DNA of 40,569 nt from an uncultured Bacteroidales bacterium (GCA_964408535.1 CAYOZZ010000144.1:1-40569), one strand, 5' to 3'; counted from the first letter of the stretch, positions 18,086 to 26,450 are shown. A program made the numbers and translations. The notes: a model not told the origin generated them from the sequence alone.

Positions 18086-20410
18086 ATGCAAAGAAGGAAA
18101 ATTTTATACTCGCTGATACTCATAATCGCAATACTGATAACCGTACCGGGGCTTTCGCAGAATGTATCCGTAAAAAAAACGGAAATAATTGAAAATATTG
18201 ACGGAACAGACTATTATTTGCATTTTGTAAAAAAGGGTCAGACATTATATAATATTGCCAAAGCCTACAATGTTACTGTCAATGATATCTTCAAAACAAA
18301 TCCGGCAGCCGAATCAGGTATCAAAACAGGTATGGTTTTGAAAATTCCGGTTAAAACAGTTGTGGAACAAAATGCAAATAACAAAACCTCTTCAAAAGAT
18401 AAAAATTTTTATTATCATATTGTTAAACCCAAGGAGACATTTTACGGACTTTCAAGGAGTTACAGCATCACGATTGAGGAGATAAAAAATGCAAATCCCG
18501 GAATTGGTGATGTTTTGAAAGAGGGAACTGTTCTGAAAATTCCGAAACATACATCCAAAACCCGGACAGTCGTAAATTCCTCAAAAACACATAGAGTTAC
18601 AGCAGGTGAAACCCTGTACGGCATTGCAAAACAATATAATGTAACAATAGGCGCCATAAAAAATGCAAACCCGGGATTAACCGACAAACTTGATATCGGG
18701 CAGGTATTGAAAATTCCAGAACAGGAAACCGAAGCGGAAACCGTATTGCAGGAAAAGGTTCGGAAAAAGAAACCGCAGTTTATAACACATACGGTTGTTT
18801 CGCACGAAACATTATATCAGATTGCAAGAAATTATGCCGTCGGTATTGATACCCTGATGCTTTACAACCCGGGGCTTTCAGAGTATATCTATACAGGACA
18901 AAAAATAAAGATTCCGGTTACTCATTCAACAAAAAATTACATTACACACACTGCACACAAGAATGACAAACTAAAAAAGATTGCCAAAAAGTATGATATT
19001 AGCTACACTTCTTTAACACAGATTAATCCGGGTATTTCAAATAAGGTAAAAAAAGGCCAGGTAATCAAGATACCTGTAACCCGTCAAGAAATTCCTGAAA
19101 AAACGGAACAGCAGGAGGAGATTCAGCCTGAACCTGTATTAGGCCCCTGTTCAGATATTGCCGGAAACAGAGAGAAAGTTTATAATGTAGCTCTTATGCT
19201 GCCGTTATATCTTGAACAAATTGACAGTATTGTCCCCGGTGAAACCATACCTTCCGGATTTAAACCTTTCAGATTTATTCAGTTTTATGAAGGATTTATG
19301 ATGGCAGTTGACTCAATGAAAAAAGCAGGAATGAATGTTAACATTTTCACTTATGATGTTGACAATACACCTGAAAAGATTGACAAGATACTTCAGACCT
19401 CCGAACTCAGCAGTATGGATGTTATCATCGGGCCGTTCTACGCGAGAAGTTTCCGTAAAGTGGCTGCTTTTGCAAAGACCTACGGTATAAAAATCATTAA
19501 CCCGTTATCATCTCGTGAGGAGATTATTCTGAACAACCCTTTCGTGTTTAAAATAAAACCCACCCTTGCGAGCCAGAGCGACCTGCTTGCGTCTTATATT
19601 GAAAAGGCATATCCCGAAAGTAATATCCTGATAGTCAGACACAACAAATATAAATTCCAGACCTTTGTCTCTTATGTCCGGAACACACTCAACCTTAACA
19701 GGGAAATGCATGTTATAATTAAAAATGACGTCATCGAAAGTAAACTGAAAAGCATCGAAGCCAACAATAAACTATACACCGAGAATATGCTTCTCGACAG
19801 GGAACAACTCCAAAGGACCCCTGAAGGAAGTACAACTTTCAGTAATATGGTTAAAGAAGTTATTTACTCCGAAGACAGTCTGACAGGTGTTAAACTGAAT
19901 CTTTCATTAGTCAGAAACAATGTTGTTATCATTCTGAGTGAAGATAAGTCATTTTCACAGGAACTCTTGTCACGTCTTAATAAACTTTCGGCAGATTATG
20001 ACATAAATGCAATCGGACTACCGGAATGGGGCAAGTTTGATGACCTTGAAACGGAGCCTCTTTTGAACCTGCATCTTCAGATTTTCAGTGAGAGTTATAT
20101 TGATTATGAAGAGAATAACACACTGGACTGGATAAAGAGTTACAGAGAAAAATTCAAAACCGAACCTTCCGTCAAAAAGTATGCTTTTGACGGATTCGAC
20201 ATAGGCTGGTACTTCCTGAATGCACTTTACAATTACGGCAGAGAATTTGAACAATGTATTGATAATATGGATATTACACTAATGCACACAAAATTCAAAT
20301 TCAAACATACTCCGGGAAACGGTTTCGAAAATACATACTGGAATATCTGTCGTTTTGAGGATTACACAATTGTAAAGATTCCGTTTGAGGAAACCGAACC
20401 ACAAGAGTAA
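18086..20410 (+). CDS. Five-LysM-repeat protein fused to a periplasmic-binding-protein (type 1, Leu/Ile/Val-binding-like) domain
   Basis: ORF 18044..20410. The Met at 18086 gives the signal peptide MQRRKILYSLILIIAILITVPGLSQ. Five LysM units each end in ...G(Q/T/M)(V/K)(L/I)KIP. The C-terminal ~400 aa look PBP1-like (YNVALMLPLYL...). Confidence 0.7.
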   Translation: MQRRKILYSLILIIAILITVPGLSQNVSVKKTEIIENIDGTDYYLHFVKKGQTLYNIAKAYNVTVNDIFKTNPAAESGIKTGMVLKIPVKTVVEQNANNKTSSKDKNFYYHIVKPKETFYGLSRSYSITIEEIKNANPGIGDVLKEGTVLKIPKHTSKTRTVVNSSKTHRVTAGETLYGIAKQYNVTIGAIKNANPGLTDKLDIGQVLKIPEQETEAETVLQEKVRKKKPQFITHTVVSHETLYQIARNYAVGIDTLMLYNPGLSEYIYTGQKIKIPVTHSTKNYITHTAHKNDKLKKIAKKYDISYTSLTQINPGISNKVKKGQVIKIPVTRQEIPEKTEQQEEIQPEPVLGPCSDIAGNREKVYNVALMLPLYLEQIDSIVPGETIPSGFKPFRFIQFYEGFMMAVDSMKKAGMNVNIFTYDVDNTPEKIDKILQTSELSSMDVIIGPFYARSFRKVAAFAKTYGIKIINPLSSREEIILNNPFVFKIKPTLASQSDLLASYIEKAYPESNILIVRHNKYKFQTFVSYVRNTLNLNREMHVIIKNDVIESKLKSIEANNKLYTENMLLDREQLQRTPEGSTTFSNMVKEVIYSEDSLTGVKLNLSLVRNNVVIILSEDKSFSQELLSRLNKLSADYDINAIGLPEWGKFDDLETEPLLNLHLQIFSESYIDYEENNTLDWIKSYREKFKTEPSVKKYAFDGFDIGWYFLNALYNYGREFEQCIDNMDITLMHTKFKFKHTPGNGFENTYWNICRFEDYTIVKIPFEETEPQE

Positions 20411-20557
20411 CCGGCAAATATATACTGACGAAGCCGGTATGTGAAAAGGTTAACCCGAATTATGCAATAGCAGGTCTTATCCTGAAATAGGTTGCCAGAG
20501 AAAATGAGAAAGCAACCGAAGACGGACTATCCTTTCATTAGTCTCTTCTCCCGGGCT

Positions 20558-20735
20558 GTTCCGGATTTAAGCGCCGGCACGTGGGTAAGCCTAATCCGGA
20601 ACCAAATATAATCCGGATTTGCAATCCGGCAAAACAACCCGCCCACAATCTCCGGATGACTGCTCTATGCTGACAAAAGGAAAAATTGAATTGTAATCCG
20701 ATTGATTGCACCGGAGTCATCAGGAGATTTAGCCC
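20558..20735 (-). ncRNA. Candidate structured RNA or MITE-like element, copy 1 (homologous to 39990..40160 on the plus strand)
   Basis: On the minus strand, AAUCUCCUGAUGACU (20729..20715) pairs with AGUCAUCCGGAGAUU (20661..20647). The same two boxes occur in copy 2. There are extra perfect hairpins: CCGGATT-tgc-AATCCGG at 20613..20629, and GTTCCGGATT (20558..20567) with AATCCGGAAC (20593..20602). Class unknown. Confidence 0.3.
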
Positions 20736-20848
20736 GAAAGAATCCCTGTAGGGACGACCTTTTTGTAACACTTGAACGCTGTTCGCAGGGCAAGTCCAAC
20801 GCTCCACCGCTCTTTCCTCTCCTATAGGGAATGGATAAAGGTATTGCT

Positions 20849-21574
20849 CTACGGCTCTTTCGTCATCACCAAAGTTATTACAAAGTCAATGTAATCGGTA
20901 AATAGAAAACTGTCGTCGGTCTGGGGATAGTTTTTTGAATAAATCGTTATTCCCCAGGCTGTCCGGTTTATTGAGAAACGTTCCGATTTTGCATACAAAG
21001 TATCATTCTTAATCGTTATTGTACTGATAAAGGAGACAGGTTTTACAATATCCTTAATTTTCAAATCGCCGTTTATCCGGTATCTGTTGTCACCTTTACC
21101 GGTAACACTACTAATTTTGAAAACGGATTCGGGATATTTCTTAACATCAAAAAACATATCCGATTTAAGAGTATTCTCAAGAGTGGCCTTCATTAAATAG
21201 TAATCAATATCAATATCAACAATACTGTCCATTAATATTTCAAAATTACCGCCGGTAATTTTGCCGTTATTAATTGTAATATTTCCGTTTTTCAACAAAA
21301 CATAGCCCTTATGTACAACGCAGTACCAATCCAATTTGCTTGCATTAAGGTCAACGGAATACTTTCCGTCCGGCAACTTTGCCGACGGAGCACCGGAATA
21401 ATTTGAACCGGAGTCGGTAACAGCTTGCTGAATCGGTACTTCTTCTTTAACCGGACTTGGATTTTGTTGATTATCAGGCTTTTTATCCTTCCCGGAATTG
21501 TTGCAGGAGGCAAAAAAAGCCGTTACAAAAACCGTAAACAATATCAATCCGGTATGAACAATACTTTTTTTCAT
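20849..21574 (-). CDS. YceI-like (polyisoprenoid-binding family) lipoprotein
   Basis: ORF 20849..21628. The Met at 21574 gives MKKSIVHTGLILFTVFVTAFFASC (lipobox). YceI-like motifs: DMFFDVKKYPESVFK, INGDLKIKDIVKPVSF, FSINRTAWGI. Confidence 0.65.
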   Translation of the reverse strand: MKKSIVHTGLILFTVFVTAFFASCNNSGKDKKPDNQQNPSPVKEEVPIQQAVTDSGSNYSGAPSAKLPDGKYSVDLNASKLDWYCVVHKGYVLLKNGNITINNGKITGGNFEILMDSIVDIDIDYYLMKATLENTLKSDMFFDVKKYPESVFKISSVTGKGDNRYRINGDLKIKDIVKPVSFISTITIKNDTLYAKSERFSINRTAWGITIYSKNYPQTDDSFLFTDYIDFVITLVMTKEP

Positions 21575-21575
21575 T

Positions 21576-22508
21576 TTAATCTTTATTTTCACCTTTAAAG
21601 GCAACACCTGTAATACGTCCGTCAACAATCATTTCTTTTATGGTTTCAGGAATATTTTTAGCACCTTCAAAGATAGTATTTTCAAATTCGGCACCAAAAA
21701 AGTTCACTCCTTTCAAATCGGCTCCCGTAAAATCGGCACCCTGAAGATGAGAACCCTGAAGATTGGCATACAACAACCTTGAGTTGATAAAAGTTGCGTT
21801 TTCAAGTCCTGCGCCGGTAAAGTCGGAATAGCTGAAATCAACAGAGTCCAGTTTTGAACCTTGCAGGACAGCCCTGAATAATTTTGTTTTAACAACAGTG
21901 CTTCCCGTAAAATCGGCGTGCAGAAATTCGGAATCTTTCATAAGCGATCCGGTAAAGTTGCAATTCTTTAAACTTGCCCTGTGGCCTTCCATCCCGAACA
22001 TATTAGCACCTCTGAAATCGGTGCTGTCGAGAACGGCTTCCGTTACGTGCACATGAAAAAGTCTGGCTTGTTTAAAATCGCAATTTGTCAGGTTTGAATT
22101 GTCGAATGTTGTCCAGCGAATATCGGCAACCCTGAAATCGGAACCTGCGAAATCACCGTTTGAGCACACTGCCGATCTGAAACTTGCCCCCCGGAAATCG
22201 CTGTTGTTTGCAACTGCCCCGTTCCAGTAAACATTGTCGAGATTTTCTCTTCTGAAATCATCTCCCGGCTGTGGAATCGGGATAATTCCCCTTTTGCGTT
22301 CCTTTCCGTCTATCAGCGGTGCAGGTTCATTTATAATAGCTTCAACCTGATCATCTTCGAGAAAATTTGCAACCTCAAACATATTTGTTGTGTCGGGAGG
22401 ATATGGGAAAAGATCGTTTCCCTGTTCAGTGACTTCAGCCCTGTTATTGCAGGCTGTAATTAACGCTGTAACGACAAAAGCAAATAATATATTTATGCGG
22501 ATGTTCAT
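21576..22508 (-). CDS. Pentapeptide-repeat lipoprotein
   Basis: 310 aa. Lipoprotein signal MNIRINILFAFVVTALITAC. About 40 consecutive A(D/N)LxX-type pentapeptides (for example ANLQGSHLQGADFTGADLKGVNFFGAEFENTIF). Confidence 0.8.
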   Translation of the reverse strand: MNIRINILFAFVVTALITACNNRAEVTEQGNDLFPYPPDTTNMFEVANFLEDDQVEAIINEPAPLIDGKERKRGIIPIPQPGDDFRRENLDNVYWNGAVANNSDFRGASFRSAVCSNGDFAGSDFRVADIRWTTFDNSNLTNCDFKQARLFHVHVTEAVLDSTDFRGANMFGMEGHRASLKNCNFTGSLMKDSEFLHADFTGSTVVKTKLFRAVLQGSKLDSVDFSYSDFTGAGLENATFINSRLLYANLQGSHLQGADFTGADLKGVNFFGAEFENTIFEGAKNIPETIKEMIVDGRITGVAFKGENKD

Positions 22509-22519
22509 CTTCAGCCTGA

Positions 22520-23395
22520 TTAAATTATATCGTTTCTGTTAAAATGCCTGTTTCCCAAAAAGCCGAGTAACCCACCGAGCAGGACCGGATATGCAATTGC
22601 AAAAACAATAAATACATTCCGTGTGACAATATCAAGAATATAATAAGATGCCGGCCCCATAACAGTCAGTTTAGGGTCGAAAAGTGCAAGCACTGCCGTT
22701 CTGAAAACCTGCAAAGGATTTATCATTCCAACGCCAATTACGATTTCAGGGTTCATCCTCATTTTCAGCATTATTCCCATAAGCAACAGGTCGAGAAAGG
22801 CAACAAGTATCAGCCAGATGATAAATGCCGAACTGACTGCCATATCCTGGGAGCGTGCTACGGACGAAATAAACATCCCTATACCGAGAAAGCAGAAGAC
22901 CATTGCTCCGAGAAGAAAACTGTAATAAGTAAACAAGTCCCACGGAACATCTATATTTGTAATGGTTCCCCAGATAGCAGCTCCGAGCAATGCAATGAAT
23001 ACCGGTACATAAATTACAATGAACCTGCCGATAAATTTCCCCCAGAAATAACCTGTAAATGAGACAGGTAGCGATAAAATGTATTCCATAACATTCGACT
23101 CCCTGTCACCAACGACCGATCTGACTGTTGAGATAAGCACATATATCGGCAGAATAACCATACTCACCTGCATAAATGTTACCATCAGCCTGCTCAAACC
23201 TACAAATCCGATTATCTGGGACTCGGTTATCCCCATTGCGAACATTACCGCTACAAAACCACCGAACAGAAGACTGTAAACCCAGAACCATCTTGACCGC
23301 AGGTTTTGTCTTACATCAAGTATTGTTATTTCTTTTATGCTTTTATCCATTTTATACTTTTTTGTGAAAGACAATTCTTGAATTGTCTTTACCAA
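22520..23395 (-). CDS. ABC-2 permease, NosY-like by context
   Basis: 291 aa, six TM helices. Alternative start at 23350 (MDKSIKEITIL). Lies in an operon with a NosL-like lipoprotein and an ABC ATPase. Confidence 0.65.
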   Translation of the reverse strand: MVKTIQELSFTKKYKMDKSIKEITILDVRQNLRSRWFWVYSLLFGGFVAVMFAMGITESQIIGFVGLSRLMVTFMQVSMVILPIYVLISTVRSVVGDRESNVMEYILSLPVSFTGYFWGKFIGRFIVIYVPVFIALLGAAIWGTITNIDVPWDLFTYYSFLLGAMVFCFLGIGMFISSVARSQDMAVSSAFIIWLILVAFLDLLLMGIMLKMRMNPEIVIGVGMINPLQVFRTAVLALFDPKLTVMGPASYYILDIVTRNVFIVFAIAYPVLLGGLLGFLGNRHFNRNDII

Positions 23396-23421
23396 ATCCG
23401 ATCTATCCTATTACCTTTTAA

Positions 23422-23487
23422 TGTGACAAGCGTCCACGCTGTCAACCCCTACCCTACTCCACATTGTGACAAGCGTCCAGGCTTGAT
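23422..23487 (-). repeat. Two REP-like hairpin copies between the nosL-like and nosY-like genes
   Basis: tgtgacaagcgtccacgctgtca (23422..23444) and tgtgacaagcgtccaggcttgat (23465..23487). Confidence 0.55.
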
Positions 23488-23497
23488 AACCTACTAT

Positions 23498-23965
23498 CTA
23501 TTTTTTATCCATCATCTTATGCTTCTTTATAAAATCCTCCCTCATTGTTTTTCCCTCTTCAATTCTTTTTATCATTGTATTGAAATCATAAGTCGAGTCC
23601 CTTTTCTCTTTCAAGGCACCGTAACCGTAGCCCATTGGCGTAGTATCGCCGAATCTGTACCAGGCTTTTGTTGCGTCAATCCATTCTCCGGTTTCACAAT
23701 CTCCAATCCATATTTTTGCGGTTTCACCGTTGAACTTTTTCCAATCGTCACCCTTCATATATTCAACCAGGCAGCCGATATCGTCAAACCAGATAACATC
23801 TTCATATTTGTTAATTGCCTGCACCGAATACTTCTGGTCGGCAAGCCCCATCAGGCATTGTGCACATACATCCCTGTCCCAGTTTATTTCACGGGGACTC
23901 TGGTCGGGCTCCGAACTACAGGCGAACCCCAACACTACTATTAATAATACAAATATTTTTTTCAT
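23498..23965 (-). CDS. nosL: NosL-family copper chaperone lipoprotein
   Basis: 155 aa. Lipobox LGFAC. DVCAQCLM metal motif near the N-terminus, FDDIGCLVEY, and TPMGYGYGA, all characteristic of NosL. Confidence 0.7.
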   Translation of the reverse strand: MKKIFVLLIVVLGFACSSEPDQSPREINWDRDVCAQCLMGLADQKYSVQAINKYEDVIWFDDIGCLVEYMKGDDWKKFNGETAKIWIGDCETGEWIDATKAWYRFGDTTPMGYGYGALKEKRDSTYDFNTMIKRIEEGKTMREDFIKKHKMMDKK

Positions 23966-23980
23966 AATTTTTATTTTTTA

Positions 23981-24008
23981 ATTGCGACAAGCGGCCACAC
24001 TTGTCAAT
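23981..24008 (-). repeat. Third REP-like hairpin copy, between the nosF-like and nosL-like genes
   Basis: attgcGACAAGcggccacaCTTGTCaat. Confidence 0.5.
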
Positions 24009-24012
24009 TATT

Positions 24013-24660
24013 TCAATTAACTTTTTTATCAACCGTAATTTCACCCAAATCCATTTCCACAACCCTGTTTACCAGCATCGAAATTTCATTCATCCTGTGG
24101 CTGCTCAGTATCATAAGAGCATTTTTTGAAAAATCCTGCAGCTTTGCAAACAAAATTTCACGTGCGGCAGGGTCAAGATTTGCCGAAGGTTCATCCATCA
24201 GTAATATTCTCGGTTCTCTTCCGAGAGCAAATGCAATTAATAACTTCTGCTTCATTCCTCCCGACAATTTAAAGAACGGTTTTGAAAGATTATCTTCAAT
24301 ACTAAGCCCCATTGAATGACTAATTTCAATAAACTTATCCCTTCCGGTATTTGTTATTTTCGAGATAAACTCAAGCAACTCTTTCACTGTCATTTTTAAA
24401 GGCGGGGGTGTCTGGGGGACAAAACCGACCTTCTGAAGTATTTCCTTCCTGTGCAGCCGTGGATTCATACCAAGGACATCCAGCTTGCCGTCAAATACAT
24501 ATTGCCCGAGGATACAACGAATCAGCGTTGTTTTCCCGGCACCGTTTTGCCCGATAAGTGCAACCCGTTCACCTTCCAAAAAATCGGTAGTCAGGTTTTT
24601 TACAACCGTTAACTTTTTAAAGGATTTTGACAATCCGTCAATCTTTATCAACTCTTCCAA
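24013..24660 (-). CDS. ABC transporter ATP-binding protein, NosF-like by context
   Basis: 215 aa. Walker A GQNGAGKTT, signature LSGGMKQK, Walker B LLMDEPSANLD. Confidence 0.8.
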   Translation of the reverse strand: MEELIKIDGLSKSFKKLTVVKNLTTDFLEGERVALIGQNGAGKTTLIRCILGQYVFDGKLDVLGMNPRLHRKEILQKVGFVPQTPPPLKMTVKELLEFISKITNTGRDKFIEISHSMGLSIEDNLSKPFFKLSGGMKQKLLIAFALGREPRILLMDEPSANLDPAAREILFAKLQDFSKNALMILSSHRMNEISMLVNRVVEMDLGEITVDKKVN

Positions 24661-24679
24661 ATCTGTCTCTCTTTTTGAA

Positions 24680-25609
24680 TTAAACTAATTTATCAAGTCC
24701 TTTTATTGAAAATTTCAGTGCTTCGCCCGGACAAACGTCAACACAAAGGCCGCATCTCGTACAGTCGGAACCGGTATAATGTACTTCGTCAGTTGCTTTT
24801 CCCCGTTTTACAAACCAAAGAGTATGAGGAACAAGACAAACATCCTGACAATCAGTGCAGTGAGCACATTTGTCAAGTTCAAATTTAATCCCGAGCGGAG
24901 CAGCCTTTCCGGTGATAGACCACGTTGCCCCGACAGGACAGACATAGCGGCACCAGAATCGTTTGCTGTACACAATCTCAAATAAAAGAACAGCAAGAAC
25001 CCAGAGCAAAATCAGCCCCGGTCCATAAATCATACTACGAGAAACAATCCCAACCATATTAATGTTTTCAAAAACTATATTTTTTGTTAACAATGCCAGC
25101 AAAAGAAACCCTGCCCAAAACACAAAACGCAGTCCGATATTGAATGTATGTTCCTTGATTTTCTTTTTCTTAACAAGATAATTATGCAGTTTTTCAGTCA
25201 TTTCGGCCAGGAAATGGTACGGACAAATCCACGAGCAATATGTCCTGCCTCCCATAATGCTTAAAAACAGAATTGTGAAAAACCCTATCCAGAAGTTCAT
25301 TGTCAACGACGGAAGGTAACCGCCGGGAATTGATATCAGAATAACCTGAAGGGCATTAAATGTATCCATCAGATAGAACCCTATCAATCTGGAGCCGCTC
25401 AGCGAGCCTTCAAGTATTGAGAGGTCGAAAGCAAATGAAACGACGAACATCAGGTTGATAGTCAACAAGGCTGCCCATCTGATATTTCTCCATTTATGTT
25501 TGTTTTTATGATTGTCGTGCCACTCTTTGTACGGAATACCGATTTTGGCATTAGGAAGCTGGTCTTTACTTTTCGGGGGTAACGGTGTCTTATTTTTATT
25601 TCCAAACAT
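24680..25609 (-). CDS. NapH/NosH/MauN-family membrane polyferredoxin (putative quinol dehydrogenase subunit)
   Basis: 309 aa, four TM helices. Two CxxxCP motifs (CSWICP, CRYVCP). Two C-terminal 4Fe-4S motifs (CAHCTDCQDVC, CTRCGLCVDVCP). Confidence 0.75.
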   Translation of the reverse strand: MFGNKNKTPLPPKSKDQLPNAKIGIPYKEWHDNHKNKHKWRNIRWAALLTINLMFVVSFAFDLSILEGSLSGSRLIGFYLMDTFNALQVILISIPGGYLPSLTMNFWIGFFTILFLSIMGGRTYCSWICPYHFLAEMTEKLHNYLVKKKKIKEHTFNIGLRFVFWAGFLLLALLTKNIVFENINMVGIVSRSMIYGPGLILLWVLAVLLFEIVYSKRFWCRYVCPVGATWSITGKAAPLGIKFELDKCAHCTDCQDVCLVPHTLWFVKRGKATDEVHYTGSDCTRCGLCVDVCPGEALKFSIKGLDKLV

Positions 25610-25614
25610 AGCGC

Positions 25615-26424
25615 TTACGATTTAATGGGTTCAACAACAATACTCGGTTCCTGTGTGGGACAAACCATAACGCATACACCGCATCCGGTACAGCCGTCCA
25701 AAACTTTCGGTTTGAAAGTCCCGTTGTTTTCGTCCATAACAATGGCCGTTTCACCGATTGGGCACTCCGTTACACATAAGTCGCAAACTTCACTGTCGAA
25801 GTTGTGTTCGCTGACAGGTGACGGTTTAGGATCTCCCGTTCGCGGTGAACGGTAAATACCCTTGAAATCATCACCTCTCGGTGTTCCTTTAAAGCCCTGA
25901 CCTTTAACGGCAAGGCAGGTTTTTTCGTTAACTTTTGCTATTCCCATCCTCACCTTTGTCTTCATCGCCTTAATCTGCACTTTGAAAGGATTGAAATCAG
26001 GATCGTTATAATCGTGGGTCTTTTCGTACTCGGCAATTGCCTCTTCACCGGCATCTTTAAATTGCTTGAAATAAAGAACGGCAGTGGGACATGTTTCGAC
26101 ACACTGAAGCGAATCGCAGGAGAAGTCGCAAGCCTGCGCCCTGACATCAATGTAAGGTGTGCCGTAAGATAAACCTTTCTCAATCCCTGCAAGTTTGATT
26201 GCCTGTACCGGGCATATCTGAACACATAATCCGCATTTTATACATCCGAAAATGAACTCATCTTCGTCAATCGCACCCGGAGGCCTCAGAAAATCCTGTG
26301 TTCTGGCATTCTCTCCGTGGAGCTTTTTGAGATATCCGACACCCGCACCGACAGCCGCAAGTGCCGTCACTGCTACAGCGCCTGATTTTAAGAAATCGCG
26401 TCTGTTAATGTCTGTTTTAGCCAT
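25615..26424 (-). CDS. NapG/NosG/MauM-family periplasmic 4Fe-4S ferredoxin with Tat signal
   Basis: 269 aa. Twin-arginine signal NRRDFLKSGAVAV. LRPPGA motif. Cys clusters CIKCGLCVQICP, CDSLQCVETCP, CDLCVTECP, CTGCGVCVMVCP. Confidence 0.75.
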   Translation of the reverse strand: MAKTDINRRDFLKSGAVAVTALAAVGAGVGYLKKLHGENARTQDFLRPPGAIDEDEFIFGCIKCGLCVQICPVQAIKLAGIEKGLSYGTPYIDVRAQACDFSCDSLQCVETCPTAVLYFKQFKDAGEEAIAEYEKTHDYNDPDFNPFKVQIKAMKTKVRMGIAKVNEKTCLAVKGQGFKGTPRGDDFKGIYRSPRTGDPKPSPVSEHNFDSEVCDLCVTECPIGETAIVMDENNGTFKPKVLDGCTGCGVCVMVCPTQEPSIVVEPIKS

Positions 26425-26450
26425 AATATGTGAATTAAATTTTGTTGAAG

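Noticed and set aside
20538-20807. 89-aa minus-strand ORF in the LysM/YceI spacer
   Set aside because: It is Arg/Gly/Pro/Cys-rich, as expected when translating GC-rich hairpins. It spans the structured repeat, the homologous copy at 39.99 kb has no equivalent ORF, and there is no promoter box.
20807-20822. GGAGAGGAAAGAGCGG on the minus strand, resembling the RNase P P4 box GAGGAAAGUCCGG
   Set aside because: The match breaks after GGAAAG. There is no ACAGAA..CGGCUUA partner strand, and the region is too short and has the wrong layout for a type A RNase P RNA.
23306-23944. 212-aa plus-strand ORF, plus smaller ones at 23079..23367
   Set aside because: They are antisense to the NosY-like and NosL-like genes and run across the hairpin-repeat spacer. 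No signal peptide, motif or promoter box supports them.
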